From contig NMRA01000047.1 of the NCBI GenBank assembly GCA_002633005.1, forward strand, positions 583,326 through 647,325: a stretch of DNA of 64,000 nt, given 5' to 3'. Source of the stretch: Phoronis australis (Eukaryota; Animalia; Phoronida). Each line of letters opens with the position of its first letter. Position 1 is the first letter of the stretch. The notes under the pieces were generated by a model that did no database searches, was not told where the DNA came from, and was given only the letters and a program-made list of their open reading frames with translations. Position numbers and translations under genes: made by a program. Of the stretch, positions 1 to 11,806 are shown piece by piece.

Positions 1-690
1 GTTTGGCTTCAAACCAGAAAATTTCGCAAATTGGTCAATTAAATTCAAAGATGATCTTAGAGATAACTCAGAACCGTCCAAAATCAAACAAGTGTCGTCA
101 GCGTACTGGATCAATTTAAACTCAGAAACACCTATCCTGACACCAGTGATGCCACCATCCCGACGAATTAAATTACCCAATATTTCTACACATAATAAAA
201 AAAGGTAAGGAGAAATGGGGTCTCCTTGACGACAGCCTCTCCCCATTTCAAAAAATTCAGAGAAAAATCCATGTTGGAGAACACAGAGACAAGATTTGTT
301 GTAGAGTGTTTTGACCGTGTCAATGAACCTTGGGCCAAAGTTAAAGTATGATAATGCCTTGAGGATGAAAGACCAGGAGACCGAGTCGAAAGCTTTTTCA
401 AAATCGATCATTAACATGAGTCCGGGAAAGGGTTTACAGTCTAAAAATTGAATTACATCACATAAAATTCTTATGTTTTCCCCAATATATTTGTTTGTAA
501 GTAATATTCAATAGGGAAATTGGACGCCAATTTTTTATGAATTCTCTTGGTTTATTTTCTTTTGGTATTATTGAGATAATACCCTGTTTTTGCGATGTAG
601 ATAATTCTCCTTTATTAATACCTTCTTCAAAAGATCGGAACAAGTAATATTTAAGGTCTGGCCAAAAAAATTTTAAAAATTCTACAGTTT
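1..690 (-). mobile_element. Degenerate L1/Tx1-clade non-LTR retrotransposon, reverse transcriptase fragment (runs off the window start)
   Basis: Minus-strand translation gives QKQGIISIIPKENK...NWRPISLLNITYK (458-643) and GRGCRQGDPISPYLFLLCVEILG...QYADDTCLIL...FAKFSGLKPN (1-270). These are L1/Tx1-type RT motifs including YADD. The frame is interrupted. Confidence 0.9.
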
Positions 691-936
691 CACTGTAGAC
701 AACTTAGAAGTTGTTGAGTGAAGATAGATTGGCTTATTAACTATCCGAATATTCCTCTTAAATCACGAGTCATTTGTGCAGTGGTATTTATTCCAGAGAT
801 TTAAAGAGTTATGACGAATGCTCTTTTGCATTTTCCAAAGTGCGCATCGCCATAAACGTAAAACCATTATCAAGCTTATGTACACAAATTGGCGTTTCCT
901 CCAATCGTTGATTAATGATAACATGCTGTCTTGCAG

Positions 937-1263
937 ATGGGCCGTCCCATTTGATCATCCAAGCCAACAATCGACTCATCGATAGTGACGAATTGCTGTT
1001 AAATAACGGCGTGGAGTACAATGTCACGTGCACCACTGATCTCGTATACCCTAATGCCTCAATAACGTGGACAAGTACAGACTTCACTCTAACAGAATCA
1101 GACATCAGCGCCATCAGTGGGGATTACGACGGAAAATTTTATCAGAGAACTATGACATTTACCCCAACAATAATTCGACACGACAATTTCTTCAACTGCA
1201 CGGTATTAAATACCGCGGTGCACAGTCTTGTCGTCACCAGACAGTTGAAGGGGGTCATAGTTT
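937..1263 (+). CDS. Ig-superfamily membrane receptor, Ig (C2/I-set-like) exon A; gene 5' part lies upstream of the window
   Basis: ttgcag| acceptor and |gtaagt donor; 327 nt, phase 1-1. Encodes xGPSHLIIQ...YNVTCTTDLVYPNASITW...FFNCTVLN with the Ig Cys-Trp-Cys pattern. Confidence 0.85.
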
Positions 1264-2164
1264 GTAAGTACCTCCAATTAAGTCCAGTGTCAAACTTCGG
1301 TGGAGACGAACAGCCACGGTTTGTTTCATTGATTGATTTGGTATTCCCTACATCTGTTATGGTCTCGGATATCTTGAATATTCACCCTAGTAAGACAGTC
1401 GTGTTTGATAAAAGGTTATATATAGAACAGCGCTCGACGCTTAACTAAACGCCAAGTCGCATTAGGCGACCTACCAAAATCCCAGGTCGCCAAACAAAAT
1501 ATGAGGTCGTCAAAATAAAGGAAATCTCCGGCGGTAAGAAATTTTAAGGTCTATTTTCAGCGTAAACTTTCGTCAACCATAAAAACCGGGAGGGCGGCAC
1601 ATTCTCCTTCTTACTTTCGCCGGTAACTCTATATACATTCATTTTCTTAATCCGCTATTTCCTTTAGTTCTCCCGCCGACGACTCACGATCGCGCTTGGA
1701 ACGCAGACGACCGCAAGGACTGCTGGCGCAAATTTCGCCGGTCTTGCCCGATTTTTGCGGAACAATACCGACTTCTGTTTACTTCCTGTTTTAATTTAAA
1801 CACGGTGGCAAATGCGCTGAAATCGCGAATTAAATGGAACAATATTGTGAACCAAAGGTAATAAATCTAGGAAAACTGTGGTAATTTAAAGTTTAGAAAT
1901 CAACACGAACCTTGAAACGAATTTAGAGGGAATTATTGTCTGACTTTTGATACTCGCAGTGGCGACCTCGGTGGCGACTTGGAATTTTTCTCGGGTCGCC
2001 AAACACAATCTGAGGTGGCCAAATTGAGCGTTGTAAAAGTTCTTACGGGATCATTTATCGACACCAATGTTTCCGCTACTCAAGCTTTTACAGCAAGCTT
2101 ATTCTAAGAAGTGCAGTGTCAATGATTGGACGACAGCTGATTGATGTTTGCTTATATTTTTAAG

Positions 2165-2497
2165 ACGCTCCCAATATGCTGTACATCCAGCCCGCCGACG
2201 GGTCAGTATTCGGGGACACTCTTAACCTGGAAGAAAACAAGTCACATTCGATTGTCTGCATCACCGACAACTGGTATCCTGGATGTACACTGGAGTGGAT
2301 ATATCCCCGTCATTTGAACGTCAAGGTGGACGTTAAAACGACTGTTCAGAGGGGCACAGACGGTGAAGTGGTATACCGGAAGTCGATGCTGTATACCGCT
2401 AAACGCGAAGATAATGGACAAACCGTCAGATGTGAAGGAACAAATACCGGCAGCGCAGATGTGAGGAGGGAGCACACTATGACGTTAAACGTAATGT
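2165..2497 (+). CDS. Ig-superfamily receptor, Ig exon B
   Basis: ttttaag| acceptor and |gtacgt donor; 333 nt, phase 1-1. Encodes YAPNMLY...IVCITDNWYPGCTLEW...DNGQTVRCEGTN...TLNVM. Confidence 0.85.
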
Positions 2498-2774
2498 GTA
2501 CGTGCTTTTGAAATTAATAAAGAGTGTCGAAATTCACCGTGGCGCGAATAAGACCAATTGGTCTTTGCAGTATAAATGTATGCATTCAAGCATGCACGTG
2601 GGACCCTTAGGTAAACGAAAATGAACAGTCATCAGTTCAAGTAACAAAAATATGCGCATTCTTCATTTCCACAACCTAATGAGTTTGTTTAAAAGGAAAT
2701 TAAATTCTGTTTTGATGATTGCAATCAATCCTCGTTCTGTCACCTGCAAATGCATCATTAGCGTCAATCTTAAA

Positions 2775-3070
2775 AGATAAGGTCAGAAATCAACTAAAAA
2801 CTCATACTCTCTATCTCAAAAATTGGATATTACGGTCCTTGGTGCGTGGTATTTTTCCCTATAATTGCCCGTGTAATTCGCTAAAAGCCTAGATTACGCT
2901 TGCCCACTTACCAGACTTTAAAAGGAGTTTTCAGTTTTTCCTCCAAACTGTTTAGCATAGTCAAGAATTACAGAGCATTATTTTATTTCAGAGAACTGGA
3001 TGGGAAAGTCGTTTTTAATGTCTGTTAATAGGCCAAAACCGGGTTTGGTATCTTTTTTAATATAAATCTC
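2775..3070. repeat. Interspersed repeat, with an inverted diverged copy at ~49560-49815
   Basis: Shared segments aaatcaactaaaaa and taataggccaaaaccgggtttg occur in opposite orientation at the two loci. Confidence 0.5.
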
Positions 3071-3680
3071 AAAGAAGCTGAAAAATCGATGTACTATGTA
3101 CCATTGTCAAGTTAACTCATTCGTCTTTTGAATCAACCCCCTTGTTATTCCGACGCACCTTTATATATTAACTCACAGTACTCGTTTAGTACATGTTAAA
3201 TATGGCAGGTGTGAAAGTATGTGTTCCAGATTTGGGTCTTGCTTGGATGAGACGTCTAAAAGTCGGTGTACGATTTTCCATTTTATTTTATTTGTGGAAC
3301 ATAGCATATCGACCAGGCCAGTGCATGACAACAACAGAAGAGGTATTTTAATAAAAAAGCGTTCCTACAATGAATGTTTGCACGTTTTGAGGTTTTAGAT
3401 TTTGTATAATAATTCTATAACAAGAAATCTAGCTGAATAACTACTTATTTTAGGAAATAATTGAAAAATTTCAAATTTTAAAGAAAAATTAATGATTTTT
3501 TGGTTTCCCGCCCCGTGACTTCATCAGTGGTAGACGTTGACCAGTTGACAGTATAATAGTGATTTTTTAAGTTACGAAGACTTAGAGAGCGAGCTTGACG
3601 AGTATCACGAAGACAGGCATGGAGATGGGGGTGATGACGAAAGTCAGGGCATAGGTGAAACAGAAAATAATGCGGAGTAA

Positions 3681-3895
3681 GTGTGGCCTAGTGTGATAGG
3701 TGCCCACCTTCTTTACTCGAGGTCGTGGGTTCGAGCACCACTCGGCCACACTGGTAGACCCTTGAGTCAGGTTTCTAGCTTCTCAGCTCGGTTTTAACTA
3801 TATATTAATAAAGCAGAAAAATGGTTCCAGGTGATCAGTGCAATGGCCTGCGCACGTCTGGTAGAACGTGTGCCAGACCGCCTGCAATTATTTTT
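3681..3895 (+). mobile_element. tRNA-derived SINE
   Basis: A-box-like tggcctagtgtga and B-box-like ggttcgagc, followed by a body shared with copies at 47272-47392 (-), 48864-49025 (-) and ~63500-63575 (-). Confidence 0.7.
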
Positions 3896-3939
3896 TGAAA
3901 CAGGTAATGAGTTAGACCTCGCCGTATCGGCAGACTCCG

Positions 3940-4544
3940 TATGATGGGCCGTTGCGGGGAAAGTGTCGCCGGAAAAAATACGAGCGTAATTGTGTACATT
4001 AGGCTGTTATTTACGCCGTTAATTACGCCGTAAAATTACGAGCGTAATTTATTTTTACGGCGTAAAATCACGCTCGTAAGATAGTTTAAACTCTTAGCCA
4101 ATGACGTTGAGTTTTACAATCCACGATCGCACGTGCTCATAAAAATACTTATTTACTGACGGATTTCATGTCTACGATACGAGCGCTGAATCATGGCGGA
4201 TCAAATTGCTGTTGCCATGTCAGCGATTGTGCAAGAACGAGCTGCCCAGCAACAGTCGGATATGTTAGGTCATCACTGATTGGTTTAAATTTGGAACGTT
4301 CTTATGGTATTTTACGAGCGTAATTTACGGCGACATTTCCCCCATTTAATTTACGGGCGTAATTTTACTGCAACACTTTTGCAATTTAACTTACGCTCGT
4401 AATTACGAGTGTAATTTTACGGCGAATCTTTTCCGCATTTAATTTACGGGCGTAATTGTACGGCGACACTCCTGCAATTTAATTTACGCTCGTAATTACG
4501 AGCGTAATTTTACGGCGACACTTTCCCCTAAACTGCCCACCATA
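3940..4544. mobile_element. Non-autonomous DNA transposon with TAT..ATA termini and 6-bp TSD (IS3EU-like)
   Basis: TIRs TATGATGGG...GGGGAAAGTGTCGCC / GGCGACACTTTCCCC...CCCACCATA, flanked on both sides by ACTCCG (3934-3939, 4545-4550). Contains internal arrays of AATTACGAGCGTAATT. One end recurs at ~50742-50800. Confidence 0.7.
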
Positions 4545-4680
4545 ACTCCGCGTGTTTAACGCCGCAAAAATCTCGACCTTCCCGCACCGGCGTCTTTGCC
4601 GAGTGAAGCCGAGTCGGAGCCTACTCAGTCTGCGGACAATCCTGATATCAGAGTGGCAATTAAAGCCTTTTATTGAATCA

Positions 4681-5968
4681 AATAACTCCATACATTCCGT
4701 TGTCTGAGCTTGTTCACGGCGCCTCTCTAGTATTTCTTCATCACTGTATTCCTGTTCGAATTGATAGCCTGTAAAACTTAACGATCCACCTGCGAAGTCG
4801 AGACTGATGAGCTCTAGCTCGCCCCTAAGTCGGGATTGCGAGTTGCCATGTTGGCGTTTATTACTGAGCGTTCTGTTTCAAAATGAATTATTCTCACCCT
4901 AACCAATACTTATGTAAAACTGAAACAAACTCTGTCTCATTAGAAGCAATTTGTAATGCCTTTGGAGTGTTCGTGAGTGCAAATGATTTGAGACGCCAGC
5001 AATGAATAAGTCACTGCGTTACCGGCGGCTTTAGGTGCAATAAAACTAATTGACGGGACACCTAGGCCGTGTGAGCTCATGCTAATTTAGAACTTGCTGG
5101 CAGAAACTGTTGTGAAACAACTCGATTTCCATCCCACGGCCAGGTGTTACGGGAATCTTTATTTACATTTACATTACTCAAATAATGATTGTCAATGTAC
5201 AACTTCTGCCCTGACGGTGCTGTGGCCAAAGCGGAACCTGAATTCGCGGCCCCCGACGAGTAAGTAGATTTGCAGTTTCGTGGCTAATTCACCAACATAA
5301 TCAGGTGCACATTGCTTTGGCTCACTAGTATAGTATTATCTTGACTGGAAGTTTAGTTTTCACTGAACTTTGGCTGGTTTATGTTCGTGATGTCTGATCA
5401 GTTTCCGAGCCACAGCCGGGAATAACCAGTCAATCCGGCCGGCCGCGACGGGCCTGATCGGGCTCCGAGCCACTGGCCAGGATAACAAGCGTTTTGTGTT
5501 TAGAACTCAAAAAATCACAAGTCTTAACAACACAGATCTAAGTACTCCTGTCTGTATCTCACGGAAAATGCTTCGAAATTATCTCCGAACAGACCCCCAA
5601 CTCCTGCTACGGTCCTTATTGGCCTGCCGAACTTTGTAGGCTACGGTGTGTCCAAATACCAATAAATCCGTAAGAGCGAAATAAAACAACACTTTTTATA
5701 AGAACTCGGTGTATTTTTAAGGGTTTTACATCGAAGTTTGATGATTTATTGGAGTTAAACAATGACTTCAAGCAATAAGCTGACACCAGTAACCTGTGTT
5801 GTGAACTGCTAAACAGACTGCGTGAGAAACCGATGACGTCATTGGATAATTTCAACACCTCCGTCTGCCGTCAGGTGTCAGGTAACGCAACAGCACGTGT
5901 CGTTATGGAGTAGAACTACTCAATCCAAACTGATACAAATTAGGTTGTTTTTTGGGTGGCATGCTCCT
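4681..5968 (-). mobile_element. Kolobok family A non-autonomous copy (one end truncated)
   Basis: Ends GGGTGGCATGCTCCT|TTAA and is colinear (reverse) with the copies at 29859-31618 and 55447-57113. Confidence 0.85.
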
Positions 5969-7121
5969 TTAAAATGTTTGCGTGGCATCTACATCCCGTT
6001 TTCTACTATTGGGCATTGACGTATATGTGGATGGTATACAAGAATAAATTGATGGAAACTTACTGCAATCACATCCATTGTCTCAGTCATAATTTGATGG
6101 TGAGGCTCATACTCAACATGTGCCTAACAACTACGTTCCCAGCAATGGTACAAAACAATACTCGTTTTCTCCATGAAATTCATTTAACTTCGTCAAATCT
6201 CCGTTTCGGGCACAGATCGAATCGTGATTTTTCATAATGGGCTGAGCACAGCGTGGTTCCTGAACTTTTTACTTGCGTCGCCGTGTACTGTCCGACGCAC
6301 GAACCTGTCTCATTCCTAGGCGATGTTAGGGTCTTTTGGAAACGCAAAAACTGCAATATTTTCTGTCCGATTGCTGTTACTTCATCCACCGTACATGGAA
6401 CTGTTCACATTACTCAGACGAACTCAGTTTTCGAGACTACTTCGGCTCGCAGCTGGTGTAGAACAACACAATGGTGGAGACCGAATCCACTGATGACGTC
6501 ACAGAAATATTTTATTTATTTAATTTTTGCGTTCATTTTAAACTAAAAGTACGCAAATTGAAGAAGACATGTTTAAAATATCATACCAGAATTGTTGGTA
6601 ACCAAATTCAAGCATTTATTACCATTGTGTGAAGGGTTTAGCGAAGTGAGTGACTATTTCAAATAAAATTTGGACCGCAAGGGGGATCGCATCAATGGCA
6701 TTCTTGCCTCTTCAATGCAGTTCTTCTTTCTAAATTCTGTTCTTGCTAAAACTATTCAAACACAAATCATCTAGACCCACTATGATATATGTCGTGGAGT
6801 ACACATTTGATACATTATAACTTGGTCATCCTGCATAGTGTCATGCCCGTTCAACTCCTGCCTCCTGCGTGAGAAAAAACAGGAGATAGGAACCTATTTC
6901 GAAAAATGGATATGAGTGTATGAGTCAAGAACTGTAATTGGCAAGAAAAAGGCTGCATTAATGAGGAATATCAGTGCTTCCTTAATTTGAACGCCCCTGT
7001 GGAGCGTGGCGGAGAAACATTGTCTACCTTGATAACGTATCCACAAAACAAGTCGTTACGGTCTCAGTGTTATCCCGTGATTGCGACCTATTAGACAAGC
7101 GGGTTTTTTTCGGCATTTCAG

Positions 7122-7451
7122 TTGGGCCGACGTCTGTTCACATCATGTCTAAGAGTTTGAAGTACGAAGAATCCGGTCGATTTTTAGTTCGAGATGGCAC
7201 CGAGAGCGTGCTTGACTGCATATCTACAGCCACCAACCCACCAGGAAGCATCACATGGGAACTTCCGGACTTATCTGCGACAGTCAGAAAGCCAACCATT
7301 GTTAGGAACATTCATGGTGGTGTTGTACATAGCAGAGGAATCCAATTCAAAGTGAGGCGAAAGCACAACGACATGAACTTAAGGTGTGTGGCCAGGCATA
7401 GCGAATTAAAACACCTCAAGGCGAACCAGAACGTCCGTCTTACAGTTATAT
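7122..7451 (+). CDS. Ig-superfamily receptor, Ig exon C
   Basis: tttcag| acceptor and |gtgagt donor; 330 nt, phase 1-1. Encodes FGPTSV...LDCISTATNPPGSITW...HNDMNLRCVARH...VRLTVI. Confidence 0.85.
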
Positions 7452-8406
7452 GTGAGTACTGCATGACATTCGTTTCCATGGAAACATCTGCACTACGTTG
7501 TCCATAATGCCTTGGTTGAGACGTATTGTCTTACGAATAATTAGCATAATATTTTTAAATCCTATGCTTAAAAGTATAAAACGTGAATTCTGCCCAATCA
7601 TGTGCGATCACCATTGGCGGCCATAGCACCACAAATCACTCCATTGGAATATAGTCTAGCGATAAGAAATGTCCTGCCGCCCGATTACTTTAGGGTTGTA
7701 CGACAATAAAGGCAGATCAGTAGTGTCCATGTGCAATTTTTTTTCAAACGGAGCATCAAATATCCGATGTACCTCCGATTGGATTACAGGGGACCACTGT
7801 CTTAGGGTATTAGATTAGTGCGCATGAATATGAGTAAACCTTATTGATGGGCTTGGAGTTGCCAATCGAAAATGAACAGAAATTTTAATGTTTCTTTCAA
7901 CGGACATTCTTAAGAATGCAGTACACTTCACACCAGGCGAAAATCCATACGGGGGTGATACACCGGGTACCGTGTCACGGATTTGGATCACCCTATGCAT
8001 TTAGTTTCTTGTGGTAATTACTAAAATTCTGTTTAAACAAATTCTACACTGTTAAGTAGCTTAAACGTCAGGCACCCCAGTTTTCACTGAAAATCAGTAT
8101 TAAATTTTACCCACAAATCCCATTTTTGTGATATTGTAAGTAATTACAGAAGCTACTGAGCAATGAAATAGTTTGCGTTTTGTATAAAATCAGCCATGGT
8201 CTTAGTGAAAATTATAAGTAGAAGTTTCAAGTTGTGCCTCAAATTTTGGGTCCGACGGGTCGTGGGGTCAAAGAAGCAAAAACACAGAAAACTTAATCAA
8301 ATTTGAATGTATGAATCGCAGCTGAAGCCAAATTTTACGCTTCGAAACTTAATTGTAAAATTGTTTTCTCTCTTAGTAGGATAGATATTTGCAGTCTTAA
8401 CTACCG

Positions 8407-8613
8407 GCAAATGTATGTCTTCATATAGCAATGTGTCATTGTTTACAGCCCCCTCAGCTGTAGTGAGCACTTTCGCAAATGTATGTCTTCATATAGCAAT
8501 GTGTCATTGTTTACAGCACCCTCAGCTGTAGTGAGCACTTTCGCAAATGTATGTCTTCATATAGCAATGTGTCATTGTTTACAGCACCCTCAGCTGTAGT
8601 GAGCACTTTCGCA
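8407..8613. repeat. Tandem repeat, 68-bp unit x3
   Basis: gcaaatgtatgtcttcatatagcaatgtgtcattgtttacagc(c/a)ccctcagctgtagtgagcactttc starts at 8407, 8475 and 8543. Confidence 0.95.
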
Positions 8614-9534
8614 GACACCACTAATTCTCAGTTTTGACATCTACAAGTGTTCAAATTCTTTTTTCAAATTTTTGGTTCATTTCATAGCACATAAAATGTA
8701 ATAAAATTACTAAGATACTCTTTTCCTGTGAATTAAAATTTTCTTACAAAGTCCTACTATATGTGTCACTGATATCACCAAAGGAAAAAGTGGCTGCCGA
8801 AGAAGATGATGCAGTGCGTTCGTTGGGGTTTTTACGTTAAGCAAACAGTTGAAACATTAGTCAAATGCAGCAAGTCGATAACAGATCTTCTGAAGTCAGG
8901 AGTCAGTCCTGTTTACTATAGACGGAGTGGCAGCTGATTATTCCCAGAGTTGGCTTGTTTACCACTGTTTGCCCCCAGACTTGACTCTTTTGTGGAAAAA
9001 TCGAGCTCAGTTTGGAATCGGATATAGACTATGCAAAAGTTAACATATGAGTCCATCCTCAAACTTGAGTTTGGGATGTCAGTGGTAATGTCCAAAGCAT
9101 TGCTCGAGGAACAAAGTGTACTGATTCAAGTTGGGTCAGGTGAGTTGCTATGTAGGGCATAAGTGTTCTGCATTCTTTGTAATGTATTTGTTATAGATTC
9201 TTTGCTTTGTCAGCTAGGATACTCGTCTAAAATAATTCAAAATCTGAAGGTCACAACCCTTTGTGAAGTAACAGCTTGACAAAACTCAAAAGTGTAGTCC
9301 TGCATTCCAAAGCATTCACTATGTCTCAGCATAGAGGGCTTGGTGAAATACCTTTCAATGTATGGATGAGCATCTGTGAGAAGGGGGATTCGATGCCCAT
9401 TATAAAACAAATAATTGGACCCTTAGCTCCTAACTGACCAATTGCTCATCTAAATCATCTGTTGTCACTTCTGATCGGTCACATCACTGTATCTCTAATC
9501 AGTCAAGTATGTTAAAAGCTTTATATTTATATAA

Positions 9535-9880
9535 ACACAACTGGGAATCGAACCAAAGGTCTCTAGATTGCCTGTCCAGTGCTCCTGATTTTTCTGCGTT
9601 TATTTGATATATTTCACTACTGGCCAACCTCAGCGTCTATATATTTACTACGTCTAATTAACACATGCTGGTAAATTGCTGATTATATAATTGTCATGTT
9701 GGGATGTATGATATAATAGTTGGCTGCAAACAGTAATTGCAGAGATATCTGGTCCTCAGTAGCTCGACCAGCACTCCAAAGGCCTGTGGTTCGATTCCCA
9801 CTCGGGATTCCTCAGTCTTCCATGCTTAGTTGATATGTTTCACTATTGGGCAACATAAGCGTCCATATATTTTCTTTATG
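9535..9880. repeat. Fragments of a second tRNA-related SINE or satellite family
   Basis: B-box-like gggaatcgaacc (-, ~9543) and ggttcgattccc (+, ~9788), each followed by a shared tail ttgatat.tttcacta.tgg.caac...agcgtc.atatattt. Confidence 0.45.
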
Positions 9881-10799
9881 TTCAAGTTTCCTACTGCAGT
9901 CATTATTTAACTATGCCAGCCTCTCTCGCAAAACTGTTCAATGGGCCACAAAAAAACTGGCAGTGTTTTCATTCTAACGGCGCTGCTGACATTGATATTC
10001 GACATATTTCGAGCCATTTTTGACATTGATAAACACCACCAACAACCAAACAGTTTGCGACGCAGTCGTTGTCGCACTTCAACGTTCTTGATATTCATTT
10101 GAGATAACTCTTGATGACTGTTTCAGGTGTTGTGTTTTAATGACATATTTGGGAGGCTTTACCTGCCCAAGGCCTTCCTGTGTGAAGATATATACCGCCT
10201 TCTCATCCCTTGAGCGATATCTTGACTTTGAACCTCATGTATACAGAGCACAAGAAGAAAATTTTATCTATATGATGAATTCAAAACAAATGACCTTGAC
10301 CTTGCCCAGCACCACGCACTACCTCCGAGGTCTCGGCTGTTCTTGCTTTGCAGGGCTCAAGTAAACGAGCAGGATTTTTGGATAGCGTTTGAGAATATCT
10401 GATCACCATATTCCGCAAGGTAGAAGCAACAGGCGACATGACTGACTCAACCAGAACTGCTCAGTTCAGAAAGAAAAACAAGAAATTCTCTAATACTAAG
10501 ACTGACTCTCACCTCAACAAATCAAAAGATATTTTCTTGCTTACCAAGTTCTCTTAATCGTTGTGGAAAACGTACTCAGTTAAATGGATTCGAAATCGAA
10601 GGCGTGCCTGGAGATTATCGGTTCTTACTTCGACAAAAGATAGTTTAGTCTATGGGACTGACGCAGCAGTGCATTTCAGGTGGATGACTCTCAGAAAAAT
10701 GTAAAATGCAGTACACGTCAAAAGTAATACGTCAAGATGCCGTTTCCACGTCATGGCTGGTGAAGATATCTGTCTGATTGTACACGCAACTTTAATAAA

Positions 10800-11420
10800 T
10801 ATGTGGGCGCATTATGTCCTTGTCCGTCCGTCCGTCCGTCCGGAGTCCGTTACTCTATCTCCAAAACTCTTTGATGAGTGTTCATGAAATTTTACTCATG
10901 TGTTACTTCCATAAATGGGACGCATGAGCAAACTTTCGGACGGATTCGAGTACCGGTGTGCCCACTAGTAGCAGTTTTATTTTTTTACGAATATCTCTCA
11001 AAGAGATGACGCCATTCTTTCGTTTTTAGGTGGATTCGAGGTATTCTGCGCCACCTAGCAGTGGCGGATTTAGAGGGGGGCCAAGGGGGCCATGGCCCCC
11101 CTAAAATTCTCCCAATTTACATTTGTCAGATGGGGGGTGCAAATGTCTGACGGGCAAAATCCTGGCCAATACTCTGCCATGACCCCCCCAACTCAAAATT
11201 TTGGATCTGCCCCTGCCTAGTGAGGCGTTTTTACTGTTCTCGTGTCTGTTTTTTGAGGTCCGCCCTTCTATCAACCAAATCACTCTAATTATGATTGTGA
11301 AAATTGGCTTACATGTTCCTACTGTAAAGAGGACTGCTGACGATGATTTTCTGACGACTTTGACTAGTGTGGCGCCTCCTAGTGGTATTTTTTGCTCTCA
11401 CGGTTGTATCTCCTAAACCC
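10800..11420. mobile_element. Helentron/DINE-like non-autonomous remnant with a GTCC microsatellite, interrupted by a MITE
   Basis: (GTCC)n at ~10822-10841 followed by the tatctcc...atgaaatttt body; repeated gcgcc.cctagt motif. Confidence 0.45.
11059..11215. mobile_element. MITE with CAGTGGCGGAT termini and 5-bp TSD
   Basis: CAGTGGCGGATTT...GGATCTGCCCCTG flanked by CCTAG/CCTAG. Confidence 0.75.
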
Positions 11421-11488
11421 TCTCAAGGTACCTAAACTACACGGTTAACGGACTCATAAACACGGTCACGGACGCATGAATACGACCC

Positions 11489-11806
11489 ACGGACCTGCAA
11501 ACACCGTCCACTGACTCACAAACACGGGAACGGACTCACAAAACACGATCCATTCACCCAAATACACGAGACACGGACTCATATTCACGAGGAAACACAT
11601 GACGGACCCCCAAACACGGGTCACGGACTCATCGGCTTCCTAGGTCAGCTGACATCTACATTTTGTCCGTAAACCATGTTTGGCGGTCCGTTAACCGTGT
11701 TTCTTCGTGAATGTGAGTCCGTGTCCCGTGTATTTGGGTGAATGGATCGTGTTTTGTGAGTCCGTTCCCGTGTTTGTGAGTCAGTGGACGGTGTTTGCAG
11801 GTCCGT
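11489..11806. repeat. Long inverted repeat (~140-bp arms, ~35-bp spacer) built from ~20-bp acggac subrepeats
   Basis: 11489-11630 is a near-perfect reverse complement of 11665-11806. Confidence 0.85.

Noticed and set aside
1428-2033. hAT-like non-autonomous element (CAGCGCTC...GAGCGTTG; similar sequence near 28500)
   Set aside because: The inverted ends are short and no TSD was found. It is probably a repeat, but its boundaries and class cannot be supported.
3681-3755. tRNA gene
   Set aside because: It has A/B-box-like motifs but no convincing cloverleaf, and it continues into a body shared by dispersed copies, so it was called a SINE.
5616-5858. Recurrent ORF MLKLSNDVIGF... (also at 29970-30179 and 53999-54286), suggesting a small gene family
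   Set aside because: It lies in the Kolobok-A left end, starts at a non-ATG codon, and its length and frame vary by indels between copies. It is repeat-derived, not a conserved protein.
8407-8613. CRISPR-like array (also considered 3960-4530 and 11440-11630)
   Set aside because: The units are contiguous with no unique spacers, the context is eukaryotic, and no cas genes are present.
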